NCBI GenBank assembly: GCA_902491835.1
Contig: CABUJP010000001.1
Coordinates: 1-61,860 of the forward strand
Reading direction: 5' to 3'
Origin: an uncultured Alistipes sp.
GTDB taxonomy: Bacteria > Bacteroidota > Bacteroidia > Bacteroidales > Rikenellaceae
Length of the DNA stretch: 61,860 bases
The position numbers were made by a program, and so were the translations under genes. Positions 9,050 to 20,158 of the stretch are shown piece after piece (position 1 is the first letter of the stretch; every line of letters starts with the position of its first letter). The notes under the pieces are model-generated. The model saw only the letters and a list, made by a program, of their open reading frames with translations. It had not been told where the DNA came from and searched no databases.

Positions 9050-11275
9050 CTACGACTTGCTGAGGAAATACTTCTGCGACTTGAGCAGGTTCCGGCTTTG
9101 CAGCACCATCGTCTTGGTCTCGTTGATGATCGTCAGGTAGAGTATGCTGCTTCGCGTGGTCGAGGCCTTGGCCTTCACGCGCTTGATCTGGCTCTTGATC
9201 GCCGCGGCGAGCGTATCGAACAGTTCGTCCCTCAGGCGCAGAATCTCGTCGAGCTGCCCGAAACGGTTCGTCCGAAGCATCTCGTTGATTTTCGTATAGA
9301 TCGTGCTGACCTGCTCGTTGACCCGCTTGAGGTCCTCCAGCTGATCGACGCGGAATCCCTCGTGGTTGTTGTTGATATGGTCGAAACTCGGCCGCGTGAT
9401 ATGGACCAGCGCCTTGGCGACCTCGTCGAGATAATCGACGATCTGCACGTAATAATGTCCCGTCTCGACATAGTTCTCCTGCAGCTCGAGCAGCGTCGGC
9501 AGCACTTCGTGCTTGCGCTCGTGAGCCGCCTGATAAAGGGCTTCCGACTCGCGCACCATCTGCTTGAGCAGCTTACGGTCTTCGTTGAACAGGCCGATCA
9601 GCGTCTGGTTGTAAATCGTCGTCACCTTGCTCATCGTGTCCGTCACCTCGCGGATGCAACGATCGACGATCGATCCCTCGTCCGAGAGCGCCTTCATTTC
9701 GGCCTCCTTGGCAGCGTTCTTCTTCAGCTTGCGGTTATGGAGTACGGTGCTCTCGAACAGCAGGTAGGCGCACAGCACGGTCAGCACGACCAGCGCGATC
9801 GTACCGCCCCACACCAGCGCGACCGCCACGACGAACGCGATCGTAAAAGCGACCAAGGCCGTGAAGAACCAGCCCGCGATCACCGTCAGCACGCCGGTAA
9901 TCCGATATACGGCGCTTTCGCGGCCCCACGCCCGGTCGGACAGCGAGCTGCCCATCGCGACCATGAATGTCACATAGGTCGTCGAGAGCGGCAATTGCAA
10001 CGAGGTGGCCGACGAGATCAGAATCGAGGCTACCGTCAGATTGACCGTCGCGCGGATCAGGTCGAACGGCGCCTTGTCCTTGCGGTTGAGCACCGGCACG
10101 AACCGGCTGGCGACGAAACGCTGGATGCGGTCGGGCATGTATTTTTCGTAGTTCCTGTTGACATTCAGCGCGCTGCGCACGATCGCGCGTGAAATGGAGG
10201 TCGAGCCGAATCGCTCGACGCCGACGTCCTGGCGCGCCAGGTTGATTTCCGTATCGGAAACCGCGCGGGCTTTCTTGGAAAACCACAGCGTGACGACCAT
10301 AACGAGCCCCGACAGGAACAGAATCAGCATATTAGCGACGACCGGATCGTTCAGGCTACCCATCAGCATCGAGCTGTCGCCGGTCGCCTTCGCTACGTCG
10401 TAGGCATCCACTCCGGCCACGAAAACACCGATGAAGTTCACCAGATCGTTCCCTGCGAACGCGAGCGCGAGCGAAAAAGTGCCGGCCAGCACCGTAAAGC
10501 GAAGTATATTGATTTTCAACAAACTAAGCAAAGACATCAGCAGACTCCAGCCCACGACCATGGCTGCCAGCATGGCCAGCGTATGGTGCTCCATCCATGC
10601 CATCGCATGCGAGGGAATGACCGAAGTGCCCTTGAGCCCCTTGAAGACGGCGAAATAGGAAATGGCCGTCAGCGCGATCCCGCACCACAGCGCGCCGACG
10701 GTGCGCAGCTTCTTCTGGTAGCGGAAAGAGAAGATAAGCCGGGTAACGTACATGACGACCGTTCCGCACACGAAAGCGATCGCCACCGAAATCAGGATTC
10801 CACCGATGATCGCCATCGCATTGCCCGTGTTGATCATGTCGGCCATCGAGGCCGGATCGCCGTCGGGCATCGTCACGACGCCGCTCGAGAGCTTGAACAC
10901 GCAGATGCCGACCGCCGCGCCCAACAGGCCGAACACGAGCGAAACGGTCGTCGACGTCGGCATGCCCAGCGTATTGAACAGGTCGAGCAGAATCACGTTC
11001 GTGAACATCACCGCCAAAAACAGCAGCATCACTTCGGCGAACGTGAACATCTGCGGATGGAACACGCCGCTGCGCGCGACCTCCATCATGCCGCTGGAGG
11101 TAATGGCTCCGACCACGATGCCGACCGACGCGACGGTCATGATCACATAGCGGGGCGCCGCCTTGGAGCCTAAGGCCGAATTGAGAAAATTCACCGCGTC
11201 GTTGGAAACACCGACGACCAGCCCGGCCACGGCCAGAACCAGCATGATGACAACGATGGCAAGATACAGATCCAT
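9050..11275 (-). CDS. Inorganic phosphate transporter (PiT/PHO4 family) with PhoU-like C-terminal helical region
   Basis: GVSNDAVNFLNSA, GMPTSTTVS, AFAGNDLVN and LPLSTTY signatures; soluble helical C-terminus. Start reset to ATG 11275. Confidence 0.88.
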   Translation of the reverse strand: MDLYLAIVVIMLVLAVAGLVVGVSNDAVNFLNSALGSKAAPRYVIMTVASVGIVVGAITSSGMMEVARSGVFHPQMFTFAEVMLLFLAVMFTNVILLDLFNTLGMPTSTTVSLVFGLLGAAVGICVFKLSSGVVTMPDGDPASMADMINTGNAMAIIGGILISVAIAFVCGTVVMYVTRLIFSFRYQKKLRTVGALWCGIALTAISYFAVFKGLKGTSVIPSHAMAWMEHHTLAMLAAMVVGWSLLMSLLSLLKINILRFTVLAGTFSLALAFAGNDLVNFIGVFVAGVDAYDVAKATGDSSMLMGSLNDPVVANMLILFLSGLVMVVTLWFSKKARAVSDTEINLARQDVGVERFGSTSISRAIVRSALNVNRNYEKYMPDRIQRFVASRFVPVLNRKDKAPFDLIRATVNLTVASILISSATSLQLPLSTTYVTFMVAMGSSLSDRAWGRESAVYRITGVLTVIAGWFFTALVAFTIAFVVAVALVWGGTIALVVLTVLCAYLLFESTVLHNRKLKKNAAKEAEMKALSDEGSIVDRCIREVTDTMSKVTTIYNQTLIGLFNEDRKLLKQMVRESEALYQAAHERKHEVLPTLLELQENYVETGHYYVQIVDYLDEVAKALVHITRPSFDHINNNHEGFRVDQLEDLKRVNEQVSTIYTKINEMLRTNRFGQLDEILRLRDELFDTLAAAIKSQIKRVKAKASTTRSSILYLTIINETKTMVLQSRNLLKSQKYFLSKS

Positions 11276-11472
11276 ACGATTTCGATTTAAGTGCGTTTCG
11301 GGGTCATGCGAAAAATCCTTGTCCCGGCCCTCTCTTCCGGCCGTCATACCGGTCATTTCCCGTATCTTAGCGGCCTGTCCCTCTCAAATTCGGCAACAAA
11401 AATAGAACAAAATGGCATAAACTTGCAACACCCGGGTCAAATTTACCCGCGCGACGCATCCGACAAAGCTCC

Positions 11473-12060
11473 TTACAGGCGCTTGAGCGCTTGTCTCACG
11501 AGCTCCTCGACCGTAGCCGCAGGCATCTCTTTCCGCAGCGCGCGGAGCACCTTCTCGCTGGCCTGCCGGGCAAAACCGAGCATCGTCAGGGCCGAAAGCG
11601 CCTCATCGAACGTTCCGTCGGCCGCCTGCCGCAGCGGCAGCGCCTCGTTCGCCGGGCGGACGGTCCCGATCTTGTCCCTCAGCTCGACGATGATCTTCTG
11701 GGCCGTTTTGATACCGAGTCCTTTGACGCTCTTGAGCACGTCGGCCTGCCCGGCAGCGATGATCGTCCGCACCTCGTCGGCCGTAAAAGCGGAAAGGATC
11801 ATGCGGGCCGTGTTGCCTCCGACGCCCGACACGCCCAGCAGCGCCCGAAAAATGTCGCGCTCCTCCCGGCTGAAAAAGCCGTAAAGCACCTGCGCATCCT
11901 CGCGCACGACGAAATGCGTGTACAGCCGGACCTCGGCCCGGTCGCCTATCTGCGAGAAAGTCTGCAGCGATATGTTCAGCCAATAGCCTATCCCTCCGGC
12001 CTCCAGAACGGCCGCCGCCGGCGAGAGCGTCTCGACCCGGCCCGTTATGTACTCATACAT
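11473..12060 (-). CDS. ruvA: Holliday junction branch migration protein RuvA
   Basis: MYEYITG..EAGGIGY..VREDAQVLYGF..VSGVGGNTA..VKGLGIKTAQKIIVELRDK..EALSALTMLGF. Confidence 0.96.
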   Translation of the reverse strand: MYEYITGRVETLSPAAAVLEAGGIGYWLNISLQTFSQIGDRAEVRLYTHFVVREDAQVLYGFFSREERDIFRALLGVSGVGGNTARMILSAFTADEVRTIIAAGQADVLKSVKGLGIKTAQKIIVELRDKIGTVRPANEALPLRQAADGTFDEALSALTMLGFARQASEKVLRALRKEMPAATVEELVRQALKRL

Positions 12061-12081
12061 AATTCCTTGCCATTTTAAAGA

Positions 12082-12119
12082 CAAAATTAGTCAAACAAAA
12101 GGAAATATTTATATATTTG
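12082..12119. promoter_or_regulatory. Divergent -7 promoter boxes for ruvA and ompH
   Basis: TAATTTTG on the minus strand (12089-12082) and TATATTTG on the plus strand (12112-12119) in an AT-rich patch. Confidence 0.6.
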
Positions 12120-12211
12120 CACAACAATAAACCGGGAACGGCCGTGCGCCGGCCTTTCGGCAGCGGAAGCCGCGGCGTCCCGGACATTTCAACAAACCAC
12201 AACAACCGAAC

Positions 12212-12838
12212 ATGAAAAGAATCTTGATCGCCGTATCGGCCGCCCTTCTTCTGGCTGCCTGCAACAACAAAAACAGCGCCTCGACGGCAGGCGGGGCCGT
12301 AACCGGAGCCGACAGCAGCCAGTCGGCTATCGCAGCGGGCGGAGACATAGCCTATTTCAATATCGACTCGCTCGTCAGCCAATACGACATGTATATCGAC
12401 CTGAGGGCCGCCTACGAGCAGAAGGCCAAAAAGGCCGATACGGAACTGACCTCCAAGGGCCGCAGTCTCGAGAACGACGTGCGCGACTATCAGGACAAGA
12501 TACAGAAAGGATTGGTAACCCGCTCTCAGGCCCAGTCGATCGAGGAGAACCTGAACAAGAAACAGCAGAGCTTCATGCAACACCGCGACCAAGTGATGTC
12601 CGAACTGGCCGAGGAGGAGCAGGTGATGCTGAACCGTATCCACTACAGCATTACCGAGTACCTCAAAGAGTTCAACAGCGACTACCGCTACAAGATGATC
12701 CTCAGCTCGAGCACGACGGGCCCGGTGCTGAACGCCGATCCGTCGCTGGACCTGACTCAGATCATACTCGACGGACTCAATAAGAAGTATGCGGCCGAAA
12801 AGCCGAAGGAAACGCCTAAGGGCGTAACGGGCAAGTAG
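12212..12838 (+). CDS. OmpH/Skp-family outer-membrane chaperone lipoprotein
   Basis: Lipobox LAAC; IAYFNIDSLVSQY, coiled coil, YKMILS..VLNADPSLDLTQIILDGLNKKY. Confidence 0.88.
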   Translation: MKRILIAVSAALLLAACNNKNSASTAGGAVTGADSSQSAIAAGGDIAYFNIDSLVSQYDMYIDLRAAYEQKAKKADTELTSKGRSLENDVRDYQDKIQKGLVTRSQAQSIEENLNKKQQSFMQHRDQVMSELAEEEQVMLNRIHYSITEYLKEFNSDYRYKMILSSSTTGPVLNADPSLDLTQIILDGLNKKYAAEKPKETPKGVTGK

Positions 12839-12904
12839 CGGTCAGGCCCCCGCGAATGGCCTCGCCCGATCGGGACCGTCCGCTGCCGATCCGGACCATT
12901 TTGC

Positions 12905-12941
12905 GCACGGCAGGTCTTTCCCGGACCTGCCGCGCTTTTTT
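12905..12941 (+). terminator. Intrinsic terminator after ompH
   Basis: cggcaggtc/gacctgccg stem followed by T6. Confidence 0.7.
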
Positions 12942-13244
12942 GTATCCCAAAGGTTTTCCCGCCGTCCGGCCGAAACCGCACCTCGGAACGCCCCGAAACC
13001 AACGGCAGCCGCTGAGCGATCCGCCGCGCTCCCTTCCGGCCGTGCGTGCGGACCGACCCAACGGGAGAATCCGCGAAACCGTCGCAGAAGCCGTAACTTA
13101 AGTCCGGGCCACTTCGGCTCGGCCGAAAGAGGCATCCGGCCGGTATGCGAAAAGCGTTTCGACAGGCACCGGCGGCTTCCCTGCCCGCGTTTTCATTTTG
13201 ATGAAAAAATCCTTTACTTTGCATGAAACTATCTCGGGAAAGAT

Positions 13245-13661
13245 ATGCGCTTGCATAAATTCAAGCTGTACGTCAAAGTGACGGTCCGGAGGCTCAGCAA
13301 CCCGGTCTTCTTCATGCTGCTGGCCCTGTCGCTCTGCCTGTGGTATATCACCAAGCTCAGCTATGTCTACACGACGGACATCCAGATTCCGGTCCGCATC
13401 GACAGTACGCTCTTCTCGGTCCGGTGCAACGTCGAAGGCGTAGGCTATCAGATTCTCAAGCACAAGATAGCGCCCCGGCGCAACGGCGTAGTCATCTCGT
13501 CGGACAACGTGGCCGTCACGCCGTCGGCGCGTCAGGCCGGCGTTTACGACATCGCGCCCTTCACGCTGCAAAACATCATCTCCTCCCACGTATCCGACCT
13601 GAAAATCCTCTCGGTCGAGTCGCCCGTCGAGATCGAATTTCCCCGACAAGAGCATGATTAA
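13245..13661 (+). CDS. Hypothetical membrane-anchored protein (short YbbR-like)
   Basis: One TM helix followed by LWYITKLSYVYTTDIQIPV; overlaps the coaE start, as YbbR-like genes precede coaE in Bacteroidota. Confidence 0.6.
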   Translation: MRLHKFKLYVKVTVRRLSNPVFFMLLALSLCLWYITKLSYVYTTDIQIPVRIDSTLFSVRCNVEGVGYQILKHKIAPRRNGVVISSDNVAVTPSARQAGVYDIAPFTLQNIISSHVSDLKILSVESPVEIEFPRQEHD

Positions 13662-14238
13662 GATCGGCATAACCGGAGGGATCGGCAGCGGGAAAAGCAC
13701 CGTGTGCCGCGTGTTCGCGCTGCTGGGCGTGCCCGTTTACGACTCCGACTCTCGGGCGCGCCGGCTGATGAACGAGGATACCGCCCTCCGGACCGCCGTA
13801 AGCGGGCTGTTCGGCGACGGAGCGTACGATGCCGACGGGCTGAACCGGAAGTATGTGGCCGGACGCATCTTCTCGGACGGGACGTTGCGCGAGCGCCTCA
13901 ACGCGATCGTGCATCCTGCCGTAGCCGAGGACTTCGCCCGCTGGGCCGAGCGTCAGCAAGGGCCTTACGTGATCGAGGAGGCCGCCATTCTGTTCGAGAG
14001 CGGCGCCTACCGTCAGATGGACAAAATCGTAACGGTCACGGCTCCCGAACAGGAACGGATACGCCGCACCTGTCTGCGCGACGGCGTCGCCCCGGAAGCG
14101 GTTCGCGCGCGCATGGCCGCCCAGATCGACGAGGCCGAGCGGATTGCCCGCGCCGACTACGTGATCCGCTCCGGCGACGAGGAGCCCGTCCTGCCGAAGA
14201 TACTGGAGCTGCACGGGATATTCGGCCGGCTGCGCTGA
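13654..14238 (+). CDS. coaE: Dephospho-CoA kinase
   Basis: IGITGGIGSGKSTV, LNAIVHPAV, EAAILFESG. Confidence 0.95.
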   Translation: MIKIGITGGIGSGKSTVCRVFALLGVPVYDSDSRARRLMNEDTALRTAVSGLFGDGAYDADGLNRKYVAGRIFSDGTLRERLNAIVHPAVAEDFARWAERQQGPYVIEEAAILFESGAYRQMDKIVTVTAPEQERIRRTCLRDGVAPEAVRARMAAQIDEAERIARADYVIRSGDEEPVLPKILELHGIFGRLR

Positions 14239-14284
14239 CAAAACACCCCGAGCGTCCGCTCCGCAGGGAGCGGCCCCGGAACCG

Positions 14285-15136
14285 ATGAAAACACTTATGA
14301 AACTGACCGTAGGGAAGCATAGCATCGATTTGAACCGTCCCGTCGTGATGACGATCATCAACGCGACGCCCGATTCATTCTACGAGGGCAGCCGCACGCC
14401 CCGGGCCGACGACGTCGCGCGCCGAGCGGAGCAGGCCGTCGCCGACGGCGCGGCCATTCTCGACGTAGGCGGCTACTCGTCCCGGCCGGGCGCGGACGAC
14501 GTGACGCCCGACGAGGAACTGCGCCGCGTCACGCTCGCGCTGGAGACGATCCGCCGCCGGTGTCCCGACACGCCCGTATCGATCGATACGTTCCGCTCCG
14601 AGGTAGCCGAAGGCGCGATCGGACGTTTCGGGCCGTGCATGGTCAACGACATTACGGCTGGGAAAGCAGACCCAGCGATCGCCGCCGTCGCGGCGAGGCA
14701 CGACGTCCCGCTGATCGCGATGCACATGCGCGGCACGCCGCAGACGATGCAAACGATGACCCGCTACGACGATCTGGCCGGGGAAGTATGCGCCTATTTC
14801 GCCGAAAGGATCGGCTGGCTGCGCGGCGAGGGAGTGACGCAGATCGTGCTCGATCCGGGCTTCGGCTTTTCGAAAACCGCAGAGCAGAACTTCCTCCTGT
14901 TGCGCGAAATGCACCGGCTGGGCGAACTGGGCTATCCGGTTCTGGCCGGCATATCCCGCAAGTCGATGATATACAAGACGCTCGGCACGACGCCGGACGA
15001 CGCCCTCACGGGCACGACGGCGCTGCACTGGGAGTGCCTGCGTCAGGGCGCGTCGATCCTGCGCGTGCACGACACGCGCGAGGCGGCGCAGGTCGTCGCG
15101 CTGTACGAACGATACGAACAATCCAATGACCGATAG
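14285..15136 (+). CDS. folP: Dihydropteroate synthase
   Basis: [54 protein letters not shown]. Confidence 0.95.
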   Translation: MKTLMKLTVGKHSIDLNRPVVMTIINATPDSFYEGSRTPRADDVARRAEQAVADGAAILDVGGYSSRPGADDVTPDEELRRVTLALETIRRRCPDTPVSIDTFRSEVAEGAIGRFGPCMVNDITAGKADPAIAAVAARHDVPLIAMHMRGTPQTMQTMTRYDDLAGEVCAYFAERIGWLRGEGVTQIVLDPGFGFSKTAEQNFLLLREMHRLGELGYPVLAGISRKSMIYKTLGTTPDDALTGTTALHWECLRQGASILRVHDTREAAQVVALYERYEQSNDR

Positions 15137-15791
15137 CATGATACGGACCAAGGAAATACGCAAGAGCTTCGGCACGCTCGAAGTGCTCAAGGGAATCGAC
15201 CTGCTCGTCGAGCGGGGCGAGGTCGTCTCGATCGTCGGCCCGAGCGGCGCCGGCAAGACGACGCTGCTGCAGATTCTGGGCCCGCTGAGCCGCCCGAGCT
15301 CGGGCGAGATCGAGATCGACGGAGAGGCGGTGCACGCCCTTTCGGACCGGCAGCTCTCGCGCTTCCGCAACACGAAAATCGGCTTCGTTTTCCAGTTCCA
15401 CCATCTGCTGCCCGAGTTCACGGCGCTGGAAAACGTCTGCATACCGGGCTATATCGGCGGCCGCGACCGGCGCGAGGTCGAGAAGCGCGCGGCCGAGCTG
15501 CTCGAAATGCTCGGCATGGAGCACCGCTCGTCGCACAAGCCGGCCGAGCTGTCGGGAGGCGAGCAGCAGCGGGTGGCCATTGCCCGCGCGCTGGTCAACT
15601 CCCCGGCCGTGCTGCTGGCCGACGAGCCGTCGGGCAACCTCGACACGAAAAACAGGGAGGAGATCCACCGGCTGTTTTTCACGCTGCGGGACACGCTGGG
15701 CCAGACCGTCATCATCGTGACGCACGACGGACAGCTGGCCGCCATGTCGGACCGAAAGATCGAAATGGTCGACGGACAGATCGTCCGCTGA
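15126..15791 (+). CDS. lolD: ABC transporter ATP-binding protein, LolD-like
   Basis: Walker [55 protein letters not shown]. Confidence 0.8.
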   Translation: MTDSMIRTKEIRKSFGTLEVLKGIDLLVERGEVVSIVGPSGAGKTTLLQILGPLSRPSSGEIEIDGEAVHALSDRQLSRFRNTKIGFVFQFHHLLPEFTALENVCIPGYIGGRDRREVEKRAAELLEMLGMEHRSSHKPAELSGGEQQRVAIARALVNSPAVLLADEPSGNLDTKNREEIHRLFFTLRDTLGQTVIIVTHDGQLAAMSDRKIEMVDGQIVR

Positions 15792-15809
15792 CGGCAAGCC
15801 TCCCCGGAC

Positions 15810-16580
15810 ATGATACCCGAACCGATCCGCGAGCTGCTCGACGAGCTGTACGAGCGCTACGACACGCCCGGATTTATCGACGACGACCCGATTTCCGTGC
15901 CGCACGGCTTCACGCGCCGGGAGGATATCGAGATCGCGGGCTTCCTCGCCGCGACGATAGCCTGGGGCAACCGTCGCTCGATCGTCCGCAACGGACGGAA
16001 ACTGATGGAGCTGATGGACCGCTCCCCTTACGACTTCACGATGAACGCATCGCGGAACGAGCTGTTGCCGCTGCTCGACTTCGTCCACAGAACATTCAAC
16101 GGGGGCGACTGCATCGATTTTATCGGCGCCTTGCGCGGCATCTGCCTGCGCGACGGCTCGCTGGGCGGCTATTTCGAGCGGGAATACGCCGAAACGGGCG
16201 ACCTGCGGATCGTGCTGTCGCGCTTTCGCACGGCCTTCTGGAGCGCGGATCACCGCCCGAGAGCCGAGAAGCACCTCTCGTCGATCGACCGGGGCGCCTC
16301 GTGCAAGCGCTTGTGCATGTACCTCAAATGGATGGTCCGAGACGATGGACGGGGCGTGGACTTCGGGCTGTGGAAGGCGATTCCTCCGGCAGCGCTCTAT
16401 CTGCCGCTCGACGTGCATACGGGCCATATGGGCCGCACGCTCGGACTGCTCGCCCGAAAGCAGAACGACTGGAAGGCCGTCGAGGAGATCACCGCCTCGC
16501 TCCGGACGCTCGACGCTTCCGATCCGGTCAAGTACGACTTCGCGCTGTTCGGCGCCGGGATAGACGGATTTCTGAAATAG
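15810..16580 (+). CDS. TIGR02757/DUF2400 family protein
   Basis: DDPISVPH, IAWGNR, FVHRTFN, SCKRLCMYLKWMVR, VDFGLW, PLDVH, DPVKYDFALFG. Confidence 0.88.
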   Translation: MIPEPIRELLDELYERYDTPGFIDDDPISVPHGFTRREDIEIAGFLAATIAWGNRRSIVRNGRKLMELMDRSPYDFTMNASRNELLPLLDFVHRTFNGGDCIDFIGALRGICLRDGSLGGYFEREYAETGDLRIVLSRFRTAFWSADHRPRAEKHLSSIDRGASCKRLCMYLKWMVRDDGRGVDFGLWKAIPPAALYLPLDVHTGHMGRTLGLLARKQNDWKAVEEITASLRTLDASDPVKYDFALFGAGIDGFLK

Positions 16581-16814
16581 AATCGCGCAGGAAAAGCGTT
16601 CTTTCTTTCTCCTGCAACGACCGGATCGGACGATCCGCGGGTTGCGGTGCCCGCCTTTTGTCGCGGCGGGTCTTTCACGAAACAGAGAAGCGGCAAGCCG
16701 TCCTATTCGCCAGACCATCCTCGCCCCGCAAGGAATATTCCGAAGGTCCCGAAACAGGCTATCCTCAGGAACGGAAGGTCGCGTGACCCGGTAGCCGAGG
16801 CTTTCCGCATCATT

Positions 16815-17155
16815 TGACGGACCGCGCTCCCCTCCGAGACATGGCGAACCCACTTCCCCTCCCCTGCAATGAACCTCTCTACCCCTAACGGTCGGATATG
16901 GAAGGAGGATAACACCGGTCCTTGCACGTTCCCACAGCGGTAACTTCTAAAACCGAGACAGCCGGCCGGCAGAGAAAAACGATGCCGGTCCGCATTTCTC
17001 CCGAAATCCGACGAACCCGTTTTCCCTTTTCCGTAACGATGCCCTCTGACCCTCAACCGGTCGAACACGGGAACGAGGGACAACGCCGGTCCTTGCACGT
17101 CCCCACAGCGGGAATTTCCAAAACCGAGACAGCCGGCCGGCGGCGAAAAAACGGA
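16815..17155. repeat. Degenerate tandem duplication, period ~171 bp
   Basis: ccggtccttgcacgt..cccacagcgg..aaaaccgagacagccggccggc occurs at 16915 and 17086; weaker similarity extends upstream. Outer boundaries are approximate. Confidence 0.8.
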
Positions 17156-17291
17156 AGACGGACCGCGCCGGCAACCGCGAATCGATCCGGATACGTTCCG
17201 GAGCCGAGCGCCGGAATTTTCAGCAAGCCTTTTGAATTGACGGGATAACTCCGTTACTTTGCCCCGTCAGAAACATGAGGAGGACCGACGA

Positions 17292-18221
17292 ATGGTAGAA
17301 TACCTGAACCACGTGGTACTGCAACAGTTCAAAAACTGGATGCTGCCGATCGCCATGATCGTCGGCGGCGTTTTTCACTCGTTTTTCGCATCGCTGGCCT
17401 TTCTCACTCCCTACCTGATTTTCCTGATGCTGCTGGTTCCCTACTGCAAGCTGTCGCTCGGCGAGCTGCGCATCGCCCCGCTCCATGTCCGACTGCTGGC
17501 CGTCCAGATCGTCGGCGGACTGGGTCTGTATCTCGCGCTCGCTCCGATCGACCCGCTGCTGGCTCAGGGCACTTTCATCTGCGTGCTGGCGCCGACCGCC
17601 ACGTCGGCGGCTGTGGTAACGGGCATGCTGGGCGGCAGCGTCGCGTCGCTGGCGACCTACTGCCTGCTGAGCAACATGGTCGTCGCGCTGATCTCCCCGG
17701 TCGTCTTCTCGTTCGTCGGTTCACAGGTCTCGCTGCCTCTCCTCGACTCGCTGCTGCGCATCGGACGGCAGATGATTCCGCTGCTGATCCTGCCGTTCGT
17801 CGCCGCACTGGCCCTGCAACGCCTTTGGCCCCGGGCGCACCGGGCACTGAGGCAAAGGCAGTCGATCTCGTTCTACCTGTGGGCCGTATCGCTGACGATC
17901 GTCATGGGCAACACGATCTCGTTCCTGATCCGACAAGACTCCTCCCGGTACGGGGACGAACTGCTGCTGGCCGGCGCCTCGCTCGTCGCATGCGTATGCC
18001 AGTTCGTTATCGGACGCCGCATCGGACGCAAGTACGACCTGAAAATCTCCGGCGCGCAGGGACTGGGGCAGAAAAACACCGTGCTGGCGATCTGGATGGC
18101 GCAAACCTACCTGCTGCCGATCGCCTCGGTCGGCCCGGCCGCCTACGTCGTGTGGCAGAACGTCATCAACAGCTGGCAGCTGTGGAAGAAAAGAAAGAGC
18201 GAGGCCGAGCAGCAAGTCTGA
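17292..18221 (+). CDS. Bile acid:sodium symporter-like membrane transporter
   Basis: About 9-10 hydrophobic helices; APTATSAAVVTGMLGG and QGLGQKNTVLAIWMA..YVVWQNVINSWQL. Start set at ATG 17292. Confidence 0.8.
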   Translation: MVEYLNHVVLQQFKNWMLPIAMIVGGVFHSFFASLAFLTPYLIFLMLLVPYCKLSLGELRIAPLHVRLLAVQIVGGLGLYLALAPIDPLLAQGTFICVLAPTATSAAVVTGMLGGSVASLATYCLLSNMVVALISPVVFSFVGSQVSLPLLDSLLRIGRQMIPLLILPFVAALALQRLWPRAHRALRQRQSISFYLWAVSLTIVMGNTISFLIRQDSSRYGDELLLAGASLVACVCQFVIGRRIGRKYDLKISGAQGLGQKNTVLAIWMAQTYLLPIASVGPAAYVVWQNVINSWQLWKKRKSEAEQQV

Positions 18222-18458
18222 AGCCCCCGATACGCTCGTTCTCCGGCCCCGGACCAGACAGGAAAGTTCTCTCATAAATGTACTTACAGGGACGTCTCCG
18301 CGCAAACCGGCGAGTCGTGTTTCTGAACGTTCCGGCTATCGCAGCCGCATATCTCGGACCTAAAGCAACGGCCAACTCCCTCCCGCAAAGAAAAAGGGCG
18401 GAACATAGCTTCAGGGATACGGCCAGCCGAAACATAAGAAAACGGACATCCGCAACTG

Positions 18459-18926
18459 TCAGTTCCAGGTTCCATACTCCATAGCATACAGGTCGAATCC
18501 CTCGGCCCAATAATCCTTTTTCACCTCCTTGAGCGCGAAGCCCTGCTTCCGGTAGAAACCATAGGCCAGTTGCGAGGTTCTGACCGTGATCCTCCGGATG
18601 CCGCCGAGCGATCCGAGCTTTTCGATCCGGAACCTGAGCAACCGGGTTCCCAGCGACCGGCCCTGATATGCGGGATGCAGGATATCCCAACTGATTTTCC
18701 CCGTCGTCCGCTCGTCCGCCAGGTTGATTCCGCCGCAACCGACGATCTTTCCGTCGAAAAGCAGCACGTAGAACCATTCTCTCTCGCAGTCGAGATACCG
18801 ACTCAGGTCGGCCTCCTCCTCCGGCGCGAAATACTCGGGCGTATTGGCCCGGATCAGGTCCATGACGGCCTCCTTGTCGGCAGGCTCGTACTCCCGGATC
18901 ATTATATGACGATCCATTTCCCTCAT
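18459..18926 (-). CDS. GNAT family N-acetyltransferase
   Basis: IVGCGGIN, ILHPAYQGRSLGTRLL acetyl-CoA motif, FYRKQGF. Start codon uncertain. Confidence 0.85.
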   Translation of the reverse strand: MREMDRHIMIREYEPADKEAVMDLIRANTPEYFAPEEEADLSRYLDCEREWFYVLLFDGKIVGCGGINLADERTTGKISWDILHPAYQGRSLGTRLLRFRIEKLGSLGGIRRITVRTSQLAYGFYRKQGFALKEVKKDYWAEGFDLYAMEYGTWN

Positions 18927-19243
18927 AACCGATTTCGACAATATAAACAAGATTCGCTATTATAAACAGTACCCATGTCGGTTCCGGCTGCCACGACCTC
19001 GAATCGATCTGTCGAGACTCCGTCCGGACAGGGTCCGCCCGAACCGGACGGCATACATGCAAGGGCCAGGCCGGTCGTGGTCGGTGCGATAAAACACTCA
19101 ATCGCCGCAAGATTGGCCGCCCGCATTCCGGCCCATCCCTTCTCGACATATCACCGCGGTTTCCGCCGTCCTGCTCCCGCCGGTTTCGGACCCGCAAGCC
19201 TGCTTGCAAGCCGAGGCCCGCGCGGAAAACGAGAGACCGGGCG

Positions 19244-20158
19244 TCACAGCCTCGACATCCGGTAATAGACTCCCAGCGGAAGCGACTTGCCGAAAGGATC
19301 GGAGAAGTAGAGCTCGCCGAACTGCTCCGAGGAGCACTCGCCGACGAGCTGCCGGACCGCCGTTCGGGCCAGCAGCGCGGAGAGCCCCATCGAGTAGAGG
19401 TTCAGCACGAGGAAGCTGCCCCGCGCGGAGAGCAGCTCGCCGCAGAGCCCCAGCATCTCGTTGATATGCTCCTCGAGGACCCATTTCTCGCCGGCCGCTC
19501 CCCGGCCGTAAGCCGGCGGATCGAGCACGATGCCATCGTAGCGGCGGCCCCGCCTCGCCTCTCGGCGAACGAACTTCAGCGCGTCCTCCACGATCCACCG
19601 GATTCCGTCCATGCCCGAAGCCTCCATATTCTCCCGGGCCCAGCTCACCACCGGCCTGACCGAGTCGACGTGCGTTACGTCGGCACCGGCCGCCCGAGCG
19701 GCCAGCGACGCTCCGCCCGTATAGGCGAACAGGTTCAGCACGCGCGCTCCGGCGCCCAGCCGGCGGACTTCGCGGAAAATGAACTCCCAGTTTTCGGCCT
19801 GCTCGGGGAAAAGGCCCACATGCTTGAACGAGGTAAGCCCCATACGGAATCTCAGGCTCATCCCTCCTCCGTATTCCACGAACCAACGGTCGGGCATGCC
19901 CGCGCGAAGCGTCCACTCGCCTCGCTCGCCGCTGCGGCCGTCACGATGGAACACGGCGTCGGCCCGTGCCCTCCACTCGTCCTCACCGAGCGAGCGGTCC
20001 CAAACGGCCTGAGGCTCGGGACGCGCGAGGACATAGCGTCCGAAACGCTCGAGCTTCTCGAAACGACCGCTGTCCAGCAGCTCGTAGTCTTTCCAGCCGG
20101 AAGCGGACAACAGGTCGGACCGTATTCCGCTCTCGGGCGGAGTCTTATCGTTTTCCAT
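19244..20158 (-). CDS. Class I SAM-dependent methyltransferase (RlmI/RlmK-related)
   Basis: YELLDSGRFEKLERFG, FKHVGLFPEQ, VLNLFAYTGGAS, IVLDPPAYG. Confidence 0.85.
   Translation of the reverse strand: MENDKTPPESGIRSDLLSASGWKDYELLDSGRFEKLERFGRYVLARPEPQAVWDRSLGEDEWRARADAVFHRDGRSGERGEWTLRAGMPDRWFVEYGGGMSLRFRMGLTSFKHVGLFPEQAENWEFIFREVRRLGAGARVLNLFAYTGGASLAARAAGADVTHVDSVRPVVSWARENMEASGMDGIRWIVEDALKFVRREARRGRRYDGIVLDPPAYGRGAAGEKWVLEEHINEMLGLCGELLSARGSFLVLNLYSMGLSALLARTAVRQLVGECSSEQFGELYFSDPFGKSLPLGVYYRMSRL

Noticed and set aside
14285..15136. folP as an acquired sul resistance gene
   Set aside because: Sits in a housekeeping coaE-folP-lolD operon with host-like codon usage and no mobile context.
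18221..19244. GNAT gene as a mobile cassette
   Set aside because: Composition is slightly more AT-rich, but I found no att sites, terminal repeats or integrase.
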